The notes under the pieces are model-generated. The model was not told the origin of the DNA, ran no database searches, and saw only the letters and a program-made list of their open reading frames with translations. A DNA stretch of 64,000 nucleotides from Mogibacterium sp. (GTDB lineage Bacteria > Bacillota > Clostridia > Peptostreptococcales > Anaerovoracaceae), in NCBI GenBank assembly GCA_017432075.1, contig JAFRJV010000134.1:13173-77172 (forward strand). The letters are read 5' to 3'. This document shows positions 1-8,826 of the stretch, one piece after another. The translations under genes were made by a program, and so were the position numbers. The first letter of the stretch is position 1. Each line of letters opens with the position of its first letter.

Positions 1-168
1 TATTATCATAGTTTTGCCGGGCTTGTCGGAACGTACTCAGGCGATAGGGACGAAGGAGTAGAAGAGTCTGAAATGAGTTCTGTCGTCAGGCAGGTATACC
101 GGGAGAATAAAGATGTGATAGACAGCGCATTTGCACAGGCGCTGGAGATGCAGGATACTTTGTACTGA
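1..168 (+). CDS. 3' end of an unidentified CDS (partial, runs off the window start)
   Basis: Frame 1 is open from base 1 to TGA at 166-168 (...AFAQALEMQDTLY*). No family recognised. Confidence 0.3.
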   Translation, partial: YYHSFAGLVGTYSGDRDEGVEESEMSSVVRQVYRENKDVIDSAFAQALEMQDTLY

Positions 169-219
169 AATGCATTTGGTATTCAGTGAATAGCAGCTGC
201 AGCTGATTGGAGGAAAGAA

Positions 220-1290
220 ATGGAAAACAGCAGAGCTTTAGATAAGATAAGAGGCTGTCTCGCCGGAGGGGCTATGGGTGATGCGCTCGGATATCCGGTC
301 GAGTTTGACAGGCTCCGCAAGATACGCAAAGAATACGGCAAAAGTGGCATAACTGAGTATACGCTTGATTTTGCGACAGGAGCTGCTGTCGTTTCTGACG
401 ATACACAGATGACTCTGTTCACTGCTGAAGGCATTATTGCTGCTAAAAAAAGAGGAGTAACAGAACCGGCGGACAAAAGGCTGTATCCGTATGTGCACAG
501 CGCATATCTGAACTGGTATGTAACGCAGGGACGGAAGCCGGTGAAAATGCCGGTGAAGGATATGCCTAACAGCAGGCTCATGGATATCCCGGACCTTTAT
601 ATAACGAGAGCGCCGGGAATAACCTGTCTTAATGCACTGGGAGATCCTAAAAAGCGCGATCTGTATAAGCCGATCAACAACAGCAAGGGCTGCGGAGGTG
701 TCATGAGAGTGGCTCCGGCAGGGATCCTTTATCCTGAAGCAACGCTCGAAAATGTCGTAGAGATGGGAGCTGAGATATCTGCCATCACTCACGGTCATCC
801 TCTCGGCTGTTTCCCTTCCGGAATATTTGCTGCAATAGTTCATCAGGCAGTATGGAACGATGAAAAAAAGCCTCTTGCCGTGATGATAAAGAACGCAGTG
901 GATGCAGCCCGCAATCTGTATGGAAAGAGCGATCTGTGGGAGGATCTTGAGGCTCTTGTCGACAACGCGGTAAGTCGTGCCGGTAATGAGAAATCTGATG
1001 AGGTCAACATAAAAGGACTGGGAGAAGGCTGGGTGGCTGAAGAGGCTCTTGCAATAGCCGTATATTGTGCCCTCAGATATGAGAATGACTTTTCAGCCGG
1101 TATAATAGCATCTGTCAATCACGATGGCGACAGCGACTCGACAGGGGCAATAGCAGGTAATATCCTGGGAGCACTGTGCGGATACGACATGATAGATGAG
1201 AAGTGGAAGAGAAATCTACAGTTTGATAAACTGATTGCTTTTTTCTCTAAACAGTGTTTAGAAGCATCGACGCTTGCGGCACCTTTGTAG
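220..1290 (+). CDS. ADP-ribosylglycohydrolase family protein
   Basis: 356-aa ORF with GGAGG upstream. N-terminus DKIRGCLAGGAMGDALGYPVEF and C-terminal NHDGDSDSTGAIAGNILGA are typical ARH/DraG-family metal-site motifs. Confidence 0.85.
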   Translation: MENSRALDKIRGCLAGGAMGDALGYPVEFDRLRKIRKEYGKSGITEYTLDFATGAAVVSDDTQMTLFTAEGIIAAKKRGVTEPADKRLYPYVHSAYLNWYVTQGRKPVKMPVKDMPNSRLMDIPDLYITRAPGITCLNALGDPKKRDLYKPINNSKGCGGVMRVAPAGILYPEATLENVVEMGAEISAITHGHPLGCFPSGIFAAIVHQAVWNDEKKPLAVMIKNAVDAARNLYGKSDLWEDLEALVDNAVSRAGNEKSDEVNIKGLGEGWVAEEALAIAVYCALRYENDFSAGIIASVNHDGDSDSTGAIAGNILGALCGYDMIDEKWKRNLQFDKLIAFFSKQCLEASTLAAPL

Positions 1291-1374
1291 CGCGTGTTAT
1301 AATGCCTTGGGCATTTGTTATGGGCAGCACGGGATCCTACAGTCCCGCGCTGCTATTTACGAAAGAAAACAAAA

Positions 1375-1980
1375 ATGAAGAAATCGACTATAGCTATAAT
1401 AGGAGCTTTGATCATTGCCGTATGCGCCGGCGGAGCATATCATGCACATCAGGTCAAGATCAAGGCAATGCAGGACGAAGGCGTTACACAACTTATGGCG
1501 TCCGTAGATACCGGCCTTTACAGGGAGGCTGAGCAGAAAGAGATAGAGAAGATCCTCAAAAGCACTGAGGATTCGATCCGCAAGTCAAAAGACCAGACTG
1601 AGATAGATACACTGGTCGCGGATGCTTCGGCCAAGTTCAATGTCATGAAGACAGACACGGAGTATACAAAGGAAGAAGGGGTCGCCAAGCTGAAGGAGTC
1701 CATAGATCCGGAGCTCTACAGAGAGGCTGAAAAGAAAGAGATAAAGAAGATACTCAAGAGCACAGAAAAAGCGATAGGAGAGACCAAAAACCAGGCTGAG
1801 ATCGACGCGCTGATCAAAAAGGCCTCCGCTCAGTTTGCAGAGCTCAAAACTGATGCAGAGTATACGGCAGAGGAAGAAGCCGCAGCGGCGGCAGCAGCTG
1901 CTGCTGCAAAGAAGAGCAGTAAGAAAAAATCTTCAGGCAGCAAAGGCTGTGTAGGAACAGGTTCTGATGTCTTCAATTGA
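1375..1980 (+). CDS. Membrane-anchored protein with two tandem ~66-aa helical repeats and a poly-Ala/Lys-Ser tail
   Basis: Start moved to MKKSTIAIIGALIIAVCAGG (signal/anchor). The internal repeat LYREAE(Q/K)KEI(E/K)KILKSTE...QxEID(T/A)L...A(K/Q)F...KTD(T/A)EYT occurs twice. Confidence 0.55.
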   Translation: MKKSTIAIIGALIIAVCAGGAYHAHQVKIKAMQDEGVTQLMASVDTGLYREAEQKEIEKILKSTEDSIRKSKDQTEIDTLVADASAKFNVMKTDTEYTKEEGVAKLKESIDPELYREAEKKEIKKILKSTEKAIGETKNQAEIDALIKKASAQFAELKTDAEYTAEEEAAAAAAAAAAKKSSKKKSSGSKGCVGTGSDVFN

Positions 1981-3022
1981 TATAACGGATAACACAAATA
2001 CAGAGCAAAACAAAGGTTTGAGAGACTCTAAGGAAAGGGTCTCTCAATTCTCGTATATAAAGACAGCTGCATGCTTCGCGATAGTCCTTCTGCATTGTTT
2101 CAACAACGCCAGGGTCTATCACATGGAAGGGCTGACTGACGGTCAGATAACGACAGCGTTTGCGGCATGCGCATCACTGATGTGGGCAGTACCGTGCTTC
2201 CTGATGGTTACAGGAGCGCTGCTCCTCGACAGGGACCGCGTTATTCCGCTATCCAAGCTATTTGGTAAATACATAAAGCGTATGCTCATCGCGCTGGTGG
2301 TTTTCACGGCAATATTTACTGTGATAAGACACGATCCTGCTGCCGGCACAAGTATTGCAAGCGAGTTTGCAGAGGGCCTTTTCCTCAATCACTGTATGGC
2401 CTATCTGTGGTACCTTTACATGATGCTTGCGATCTATCTGCTGATGCCGCTCATCAAGGCGATAGTCAACAGGCTGACAGACAGGCAGCTCGGCATACTG
2501 GCCGCAGTGCTGCTGCTCATATGCTCCATATTGCCGCTCGCTTCATATCTCGGTGTCGATGCGGCGCTGTACATCCCAACGTGGATCGTATACGGAGTAT
2601 ATCTGATTATAGGTTTTCTGCTTTACAGGCATAACATGGACTGGCGCATCGCAGCTGTTTTGCTGGTGATATGTACCATCACACTGCCGCTTATAACAGT
2701 AAAACTTGCGCCGACGGAGATCGATGCATCGGGCCTGACGGCTTATAACTCACCGCTCGTAGTTATGCAGTCGGCTGCGGTATTCTCGCTGATGCTGAGG
2801 ATAAAGAACAAGGCAGGCAGGCTCATAGAAAACATAGACAGATGCTCATTCGGCATCTATCTCATCCACATGATATTCATAAGGCTCACAATGAAAGAGC
2901 TGGGATTCGATCCGTTTGACTACGGTTTTGCGGGATTCATTATTACAGCTGTTGTGTTCTTCGCGGCATCTTTCGCGATCACTTACGGGCTGAAAAAATT
3001 CAGATTATTCAGCTTTCTTTAG
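1967..3022 (+). CDS. Acyltransferase family 3 (O-acyltransferase-like) integral membrane protein
   Basis: 351-aa polytopic ORF. The N-terminal FSYIKTAACFAIVLLHCF pattern and about 10 hydrophobic segments are typical of acyltransferase_3. It overlaps the upstream gene by 14 nt. Confidence 0.7.
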   Translation: MSSIDITDNTNTEQNKGLRDSKERVSQFSYIKTAACFAIVLLHCFNNARVYHMEGLTDGQITTAFAACASLMWAVPCFLMVTGALLLDRDRVIPLSKLFGKYIKRMLIALVVFTAIFTVIRHDPAAGTSIASEFAEGLFLNHCMAYLWYLYMMLAIYLLMPLIKAIVNRLTDRQLGILAAVLLLICSILPLASYLGVDAALYIPTWIVYGVYLIIGFLLYRHNMDWRIAAVLLVICTITLPLITVKLAPTEIDASGLTAYNSPLVVMQSAAVFSLMLRIKNKAGRLIENIDRCSFGIYLIHMIFIRLTMKELGFDPFDYGFAGFIITAVVFFAASFAITYGLKKFRLFSFL

Positions 3023-3039
3023 TAAAAGGAGATATATAC

Positions 3040-4224
3040 ATGAAGAGAAAATTAGCTATTCTTATCGCTGTGGCAATGATGTTTACATCGATGCCATTCT
3101 ACGCATTCGCGGACGATGGTGCGCCTGCGGACGGAAATGAGCAGCCGGAAATTACCGTGGAAGAAAACGAGGTTACGGAGGTTACGGAAAACAGCGAACC
3201 GGCACTCTCTGCAGAAGAGAACAATGGCGAAGAGAGTTCAGTTACTGAAGAGCCGGGAACAGACGAGCCTCAGCCTGAAGATCCGGAACCGCAGATCATC
3301 ACGGGATGGAATGCGGATCATACCGCATACTACGAAGAGAACGGCAAACCTCTTACTTCTACAGTCAGGTCGATCGACGGCGTTCTCTGCTATTTCAATG
3401 CCAATGGTCTGTACGACACATCAAATGGCTGGAAGACCGTTGCGGATGGAACATACTATTATATAAAGAGCGGCAAGATAGTTACGGCTCCGACTGTGGT
3501 CAAGGGATCAAAGAAGGTCAAATACTACTACAATAAAAAGAAAAAGAAATGGCAGACAAAAAAGATCAAAAAAGCCAGGACCAAGATGAAGACAGTCGAA
3601 ACCAATTACATGTACATGTTCCTCAGTGACGGAAAGCTCAAAACGACTGCAGGCATCTACAAGCTCAATGGCAAGGAGTACTATGGACTGGGATCCGGCG
3701 CGATCAAGACCGGCTGGGCAGCCATCGTTGAAAAGAAAAAAGGCAAGGCCGTATATTTCAGCACGAAAAACGGCGCGATGGTAAAGAATGCAAAGGTAGG
3801 ATATATCAAGATCCCAAGCAGCGGCAGACTCGGAGAAGCGTACTATCGCGGCGTAAAGCGCCTTGACAAGATAGGATGGTCGCTGAAAAAGGCATACAGA
3901 TGGTCAGCAAGAATGAAGTATCAGGGAAGATCGTACCGCGCAAGGAACTCCGAGACCTACGCGATCAAGGGCTTCAAGAAAGGACGCGGAAACTGCTACT
4001 GCATGGCTGCCACTTTCTACATCATGGCAAAGCTGCTTGGCTACGATGTGCACCAGGTAGAGGGCAGGGTGGATCTGCCGCATTCGTGGACCGTCATCAG
4101 ACAGGATGGCAGAGAATGGGTATATGATCCGAACTTCACCAATGAAACAGGACGCAACGGCTGGAAGATCTCATATGGCCAGAAGGGCACATGGAGATAC
4201 AACCACTATCACAAAATGAACTAG
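3040..4224 (+). CDS. Secreted protein with cell-wall-binding-type repeats and a C-terminal transglutaminase-like Cys-His-Asp domain
   Basis: Signal peptide MKRKLAILIAVAMMFTSMPFYAFA and an acidic linker. GW/YY-rich repeats (GWNADHTAYYEENGK, GWKTVADGTYYY, GWAAIV). C-terminal GNCYCMAATFY...LPHSWTVI...WVYDPN. Confidence 0.6.
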   Translation: MKRKLAILIAVAMMFTSMPFYAFADDGAPADGNEQPEITVEENEVTEVTENSEPALSAEENNGEESSVTEEPGTDEPQPEDPEPQIITGWNADHTAYYEENGKPLTSTVRSIDGVLCYFNANGLYDTSNGWKTVADGTYYYIKSGKIVTAPTVVKGSKKVKYYYNKKKKKWQTKKIKKARTKMKTVETNYMYMFLSDGKLKTTAGIYKLNGKEYYGLGSGAIKTGWAAIVEKKKGKAVYFSTKNGAMVKNAKVGYIKIPSSGRLGEAYYRGVKRLDKIGWSLKKAYRWSARMKYQGRSYRARNSETYAIKGFKKGRGNCYCMAATFYIMAKLLGYDVHQVEGRVDLPHSWTVIRQDGREWVYDPNFTNETGRNGWKISYGQKGTWRYNHYHKMN

Positions 4225-4253
4225 TAAAATAATCAAGCCACAAGGGGGCATGG

Positions 4254-7200
4254 TCAGTCTTCACCGACAACGGCCATGCCCTCAGTTATTATGTCATCCA
4301 GCTTGCGGTAAGGCGTACGCCCGTATTTTTTATCTCCGACGAAAGAGGAATCGCCCAGTATCAGGGAATCCGAAGCCTCGTTGTAATTCAGGAAAAACTT
4401 TATTTTGTTTCGCAGCGACCAGTCCGTGCTGTCCAGAATAAAAGCATGATCATTCCAACTGAGCAATAATTCGCCGGAAGATACTTTCTCGCATGATGAT
4501 TTGAAGTAGACTCCCTGACCAATCTGATCAAGTCCGGTAACGCGTCCGAAATCGGTGGAGGCAATTTCTTTTCCTTTAGAGGAATCCATGACATGCATTC
4601 TGAACATTAATGGCTCCGGTTCCTCTGCTGTGAGAATGAAACCGTCTTCGGTCATGCACATCGATTGAATATTGTACGGAATGTCATCCGCCGACCACTT
4701 TAGCTTTCCGTTAAAATCATATGCGCTTATGACATTGCTGCTGTCTTTGATGATGAGAAGCTTGCGCCCGGCATCAATGATCATATTGTTATCATTCATA
4801 CTGAAATCATCTTCCGGAGAGAATTCCTTTACAGGCATTAATGAATAATTTCCTGCCGCAATATCCAGAGTTATGATCTCAAGGGAGTGCTTTTCCACCC
4901 ATTCGTTTGTGTCAGGATCCAGATAGGATGTTTTACGTTCCACAGGGCAGTATAAAAGCCCTCCTTTTTCGTCGCAGACGACCGGCTCGCCATCAGCGTC
5001 ATTAAACTGAAAGTATTCACTGAGGAAAAGATCTTTATTCACGTTGCCTTCAGTCGAATTCTCTGAAGACACAAGTTTTATGAATTCCGTATCGCCGCTG
5101 GCTGCATCGACTGTAATGACCGGGACGGAATCACCTGCATATATTTCGATAAAATAGGCTTTGCCTGTTTCTTCTTTAAATCCTGCGTAGGATGCAAAAG
5201 CCCAGTCGCTTTCAGTACCGGGTGAAGAGAGCTCTTTATCATAGACGACCTCTCCATTCTCTGCTTTTCTGCTTATGATACGCGCCGCAGTATTGTCATT
5301 GCTCGAACCTGTTACCTCAATAAAGCAGTCTCCTGATGAAAAGAATCCATACGCGTAGGCATCCTCTTCATAGGAAATATCCTGTTCAAACGGCTGCCAC
5401 CTGGAGTCGATCCCGTTGACTTCGTATTTCGTCAGTGAATGCTTGTCACTCTCCCTGCTCCCGCCGGTGATCATATAGAGCCCGTGCATGTCATGACTGG
5501 CATTATTCCGGCGAGCTATAATGTTATCAGCGAACACATTGTGAGAAACCCTGTTCCTCTTCGTCTCAGGCACATAGACAGCTTCATTGCCGTTTTTCAG
5601 GATGGCCCAGATCTGTCCGCTGCCATCAGTAGTATATCCGCGGGCAACTATCGGAGACTGATATTCTATTTCGTCTATAATGTCTCCATCCTTGCTGATC
5701 CTTGTCATGTTGCTGCCTGTAGTGCAGAAGATATCCTCCTCATTGACCGGCGGTGCAGGCTGATCATATGCTGGGTCAAATGTCGGCATCCCGCAGTAGT
5801 AACCGCTGTAATCCTTGTTCCATATCTCCTCCAGAGTCGGTGACGCAAAACAGGATACGAACAGGCTGCGATAAGCATAATCTGTGAATGTATAAGTATA
5901 ATCTACGCCGAGACTGATGTAATCACTGTGTATTACCTTTGCATAATCGTATGTATCAGGACGCTCATTGCAGCCGCAGATAATGATCTTGTCCTTGCCG
6001 AAGAAACGTACGTCAGATATACATGCCTTGATTGCTTTCTGCATTTTGCCTGTTTCTGTATCAATCAGTTCAAGCTGATCTTCAGTAAGGTTGTTTATCT
6101 CATGGACATATGCCAGATACTTTCCATCAGGTGATATAGCCAGGCATTCCGGAAGATCTTCTCCGGTATGGATGTCTTTCACTATTTTTCCTTTTTCAAT
6201 ATCTATCCGGATCAGACAGTAGTCATTTTCATAATTGGCAAACGCAATGGCCCACAGGGTGTTTCCGTTACGGCAATATTTATCCCGCATGCTGGCTTCG
6301 GCATCCGGCATTGATGGAATGCTCACGTCAAGCCGGTATTTCTCTTTGCCTGACGGCACATCCAGAGCAAAAATACTCTTGTTGGAGATAAGGAGAAGAG
6401 AGCCGTCATCTGAGACTTCCAGAGCAATGATTTCATGGCCCGCTTTGTACAAACCATCCGTATAATCGGTCAGCAATGCATCTCCGCTGTCTGCATCCCA
6501 TATCCGCACACGGCCTCCCGCAAGCCGTCCTGCTGCATATTCATGGCCGCCCGCGGAAAACGGGATGGCATCATAGCAGCTGAAGTCTGAAGTGTACTGC
6601 CTTACGGCATTCCACTTGTGCTCCAGCGATGAATGATAGAGATTAAGGGCTTCTGAAATGGCAAGAACAGCTTCCGAGACGACTGGTCTGTCCTGATCCT
6701 TTGACGGAAGAGCCTGGAGCGCATAACGTATGGCGCCGATACGGTCTCCACGTTCGAGAGCCTCTTCAGACTGGGTGGCAAGGTTCAGAGATTCCTCGCG
6801 CAGGCTCTTGTTATAATTTGTCCGTATCTGCTGGTTGCTCCATATCAGGTAACCTACGGCAGAAGTAAGGAGAACAGCCGCAGATGCCAGAAGAGCTATC
6901 ATCCTTCTCATTCTGTAATGCTTCTGCCTCTGCACGAGTTCGTCATAGCGGCATCCCATGATCGCGGCTATGAGTCTCGGCAGCTCTTCTCTGTCAGCTT
7001 TGCGGACAGGAAGCCTGTAATCACAGGAGAGGGGCTCTCTCATATTTCTGACAGTGTTGCCGTTCTCATCGACTATATCCTCATAAAGGATTTCCTCAGG
7101 AAGGACATCGAATGGTTCACCTTCCGTGATAACAGTAAGTATCTGATCGATAGTGTGGTTCTTAAGAAAGAACTCGATCTCGCGATGCACCCAGATGGAT

Positions 7201-7454
7201 TCCTTGCTTTCCGGTGAACAGATAACAATGAGATAATCGGAATTTTCAAGGGCGTCCTCGATTATCGTGTTCAGATCCCCGGATACTTCAAGTTCGCCCT
7301 TGTCGAGGAAGACCCGCTTTATGCTATCCTTACCGGAATGAGTCTCGACTCCCTTAGGAAGTTTGAAGCTTTCCAGCTTGCGCTGAAGTTCGCGCGTGAT
7401 CTTGTTGTCTCTGGGATTGTGGTTGTAAGAAATAAAAGCATCATAATGGTACAT
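4254..7454 (-). CDS. TIR domain / single TM helix / large beta-propeller (WD40-like) protein
   Basis: 1066-aa ORF with AGGAG 8 nt upstream of the ATG. N-terminal DAFISYNHNPRD...SIWVHREIEFF is TIR-like. One hydrophobic helix, MIALLASAAVLLTSAVGYLIW, spans aa ~185-205. About 860 aa of repeat-like beta-rich sequence follows (e.g. GRVRIWDADSG). Confidence 0.8.
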   Translation of the reverse strand: MYHYDAFISYNHNPRDNKITRELQRKLESFKLPKGVETHSGKDSIKRVFLDKGELEVSGDLNTIIEDALENSDYLIVICSPESKESIWVHREIEFFLKNHTIDQILTVITEGEPFDVLPEEILYEDIVDENGNTVRNMREPLSCDYRLPVRKADREELPRLIAAIMGCRYDELVQRQKHYRMRRMIALLASAAVLLTSAVGYLIWSNQQIRTNYNKSLREESLNLATQSEEALERGDRIGAIRYALQALPSKDQDRPVVSEAVLAISEALNLYHSSLEHKWNAVRQYTSDFSCYDAIPFSAGGHEYAAGRLAGGRVRIWDADSGDALLTDYTDGLYKAGHEIIALEVSDDGSLLLISNKSIFALDVPSGKEKYRLDVSIPSMPDAEASMRDKYCRNGNTLWAIAFANYENDYCLIRIDIEKGKIVKDIHTGEDLPECLAISPDGKYLAYVHEINNLTEDQLELIDTETGKMQKAIKACISDVRFFGKDKIIICGCNERPDTYDYAKVIHSDYISLGVDYTYTFTDYAYRSLFVSCFASPTLEEIWNKDYSGYYCGMPTFDPAYDQPAPPVNEEDIFCTTGSNMTRISKDGDIIDEIEYQSPIVARGYTTDGSGQIWAILKNGNEAVYVPETKRNRVSHNVFADNIIARRNNASHDMHGLYMITGGSRESDKHSLTKYEVNGIDSRWQPFEQDISYEEDAYAYGFFSSGDCFIEVTGSSNDNTAARIISRKAENGEVVYDKELSSPGTESDWAFASYAGFKEETGKAYFIEIYAGDSVPVITVDAASGDTEFIKLVSSENSTEGNVNKDLFLSEYFQFNDADGEPVVCDEKGGLLYCPVERKTSYLDPDTNEWVEKHSLEIITLDIAAGNYSLMPVKEFSPEDDFSMNDNNMIIDAGRKLLIIKDSSNVISAYDFNGKLKWSADDIPYNIQSMCMTEDGFILTAEEPEPLMFRMHVMDSSKGKEIASTDFGRVTGLDQIGQGVYFKSSCEKVSSGELLLSWNDHAFILDSTDWSLRNKIKFFLNYNEASDSLILGDSSFVGDKKYGRTPYRKLDDIITEGMAVVGED

Positions 7455-7593
7455 GGATCGCGCTCCTGTTTATCCGGATATTATCTTATGTAGACAATTA
7501 TAACAGAGCGGGTGCTCAAAAGACCCGTACAAATGCCTAAAAACGAGTGTTTGCAGGATTTGGAGTCAAAATAAAATAATCCTGAAAAAGGTG

Positions 7594-7622
7594 TTGCTTT
7601 TGTACCACTGATTGCATAAAAT
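7594..7622 (+). promoter_or_regulatory. Sigma-A-type promoter of the rpsF-ssb-rpsR operon
   Basis: TTGCTT (7594-7599), a 17-nt spacer, then TAAAAT (7617-7622), about 90 nt upstream of rpsF. Confidence 0.5.
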
Positions 7623-7628
7623 ATATGG

Positions 7629-7685
7629 GCGCGTCGTGGACGGCGCGTTCATTACTTATTACTTCTGCGCAGGGCAAACCTGCGC
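7629..7685 (+). promoter_or_regulatory. Structured rpsF 5' leader (two GC-rich hairpins), candidate S6:S18 autoregulatory element
   Basis: Hairpin 7629-7648 has a UGGA tetraloop. Hairpin GCGCAGG-gcaaa-CCTGCGC lies at 7667-7685, just before the RBS AGGAGG. Confidence 0.3.
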
Positions 7686-7709
7686 CAAAAGACCACAGGA
7701 GGTGTCAAC

Positions 7710-7997
7710 ATGAGAGATTATGAACTTCTATTCGTGCTTGATCCAAGCCTGGACGAAGAAGCCAAGGCAAACCTCGTTGAGACAGTAAAGTCTGTTATCA
7801 ACGCTGGTGGCGAGGCCGGTGAAGCTGATGTTTGGGGAGACAGAAGACTCGCTTACAGCATCAACAAGAAGAACACAGGATACTATGTAGTTATCCCGTT
7901 CAAGGCCGAAGCAGACCTGCCGAAGGAACTCGACAGAAGACTCAGGATCAACGAAAACGTAATGAGACATATCATCGTTTGCCAGGACGAAGAGTAA
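7710..7997 (+). CDS. rpsF: 30S ribosomal protein S6
   Basis: 95 aa, MRDYELLFVLDPSLDEE...RRLAY, with canonical S6 sequence and rpsF-ssb-rpsR synteny. Confidence 0.95.
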   Translation: MRDYELLFVLDPSLDEEAKANLVETVKSVINAGGEAGEADVWGDRRLAYSINKKNTGYYVVIPFKAEADLPKELDRRLRINENVMRHIIVCQDEE

Positions 7998-8016
7998 TCA
8001 GAAGGGAAGGTAAGTT

Positions 8017-8493
8017 ATGAACAGTGTAATACTAATCGGAAGACTTGCCAGAGACCCGGAACTCAGCTATACGCCTAATACCCAGTCTGCTGTATGCCGT
8101 TTCACTATCGCGGTTGACAGACCAAGAAGACAGGGAGAAGATCAGGGCGCTGACTTCATCAGAATCACAGTATGGGGAAGACAGGCTGAGACTTGCGACC
8201 GCTACCTCAGCAAGGGCAGACAGGTTGCCGTCATGGGTAGGATCCAGACCGGAAGCTACAAGAACAGAGAAGGTGTCACAGTCTATACGACAGACGTCGT
8301 AGCCGACAGAGTAGAATTCCTCGGCAGCGGCAATGGTGGACAGGGCGTAAGCCGCGATACGTTCACCGGCAGAGAGCCGAGCTTCGGCGGTATGACACAG
8401 GACACCGGCTTCAGCGCTCCACAGGAATCGTTCAGCGGTTTCGATGACATGCCGGACACATTCCAGGCAGCTGAAGATGATATTCCATTCTAA
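8017..8493 (+). CDS. ssb: Single-stranded DNA-binding protein
   Basis: [22 protein letters not shown]-fold N-terminus, Gly-rich linker and acidic C-terminal tip DDIPF. Confidence 0.95.
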   Translation: MNSVILIGRLARDPELSYTPNTQSAVCRFTIAVDRPRRQGEDQGADFIRITVWGRQAETCDRYLSKGRQVAVMGRIQTGSYKNREGVTVYTTDVVADRVEFLGSGNGGQGVSRDTFTGREPSFGGMTQDTGFSAPQESFSGFDDMPDTFQAAEDDIPF

Positions 8494-8513
8494 GAAAGGG
8501 GAAAGCACGAATC

Positions 8514-8765
8514 ATGGAAAGAAATTCAAGACCTAAGCGCATGAATACAGGCATCAGAAGACGTAAAGTCTGCCAGTTCTGTGCTGATCAGGACAAGAAG
8601 ATCGACTACAAGGATGCAGAGACTCTTAAGAAGTACATCACAGAGAGAGGTAAGATCCTCCCTAGAAGAGTCACGGGCACATGCGCAATGCACCAGAGAG
8701 CAGTTGCGAAGGCTATCAAGAGAGCCAGAGTAGTCGCGATACTGCCATTTGACGCAGATCAGTAA
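8514..8765 (+). CDS. rpsR: 30S ribosomal protein S18
   Basis: 83 aa with KVCQFC...IDYKD...[18 protein letters not shown], a canonical S18. Confidence 0.95.
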   Translation: MERNSRPKRMNTGIRRRKVCQFCADQDKKIDYKDAETLKKYITERGKILPRRVTGTCAMHQRAVAKAIKRARVVAILPFDADQ

Positions 8766-8775
8766 AAACAAAACA

Positions 8776-8810
8776 GGGAGCCGGCCCGTGAAGGACCGGC
8801 TCTCTTTGTC
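8776..8810 (+). terminator. Rho-independent terminator after rpsR
   Basis: GAGCCGG / CCGGCTC stem (extendable) followed by a TCTTT run. Confidence 0.55.
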
Positions 8811-8826
8811 ATTGGGACATTTGGGA

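Noticed and set aside
220-1290. A functional link between the ADP-ribosylglycohydrolase and the TIR protein (ADPR-type signal degradation)
   Set aside because: Three unrelated genes separate them and the TIR gene is on the opposite strand. There is no operon structure, and ARH-family genes are common housekeeping or accessory genes. The idea is too speculative to report as a system.
3520-3600. An A-rich Lys-coding tract (AAAAAGAAAAAGAAA, ACAAAAAAGATCAAAAAAGCC) as a slippage or phase-variation site
   Set aside because: The homopolymer runs are only 5-6 nt and are interrupted. The frame stays open through the tract, and there is no evidence of a frameshifted alternative ORF.
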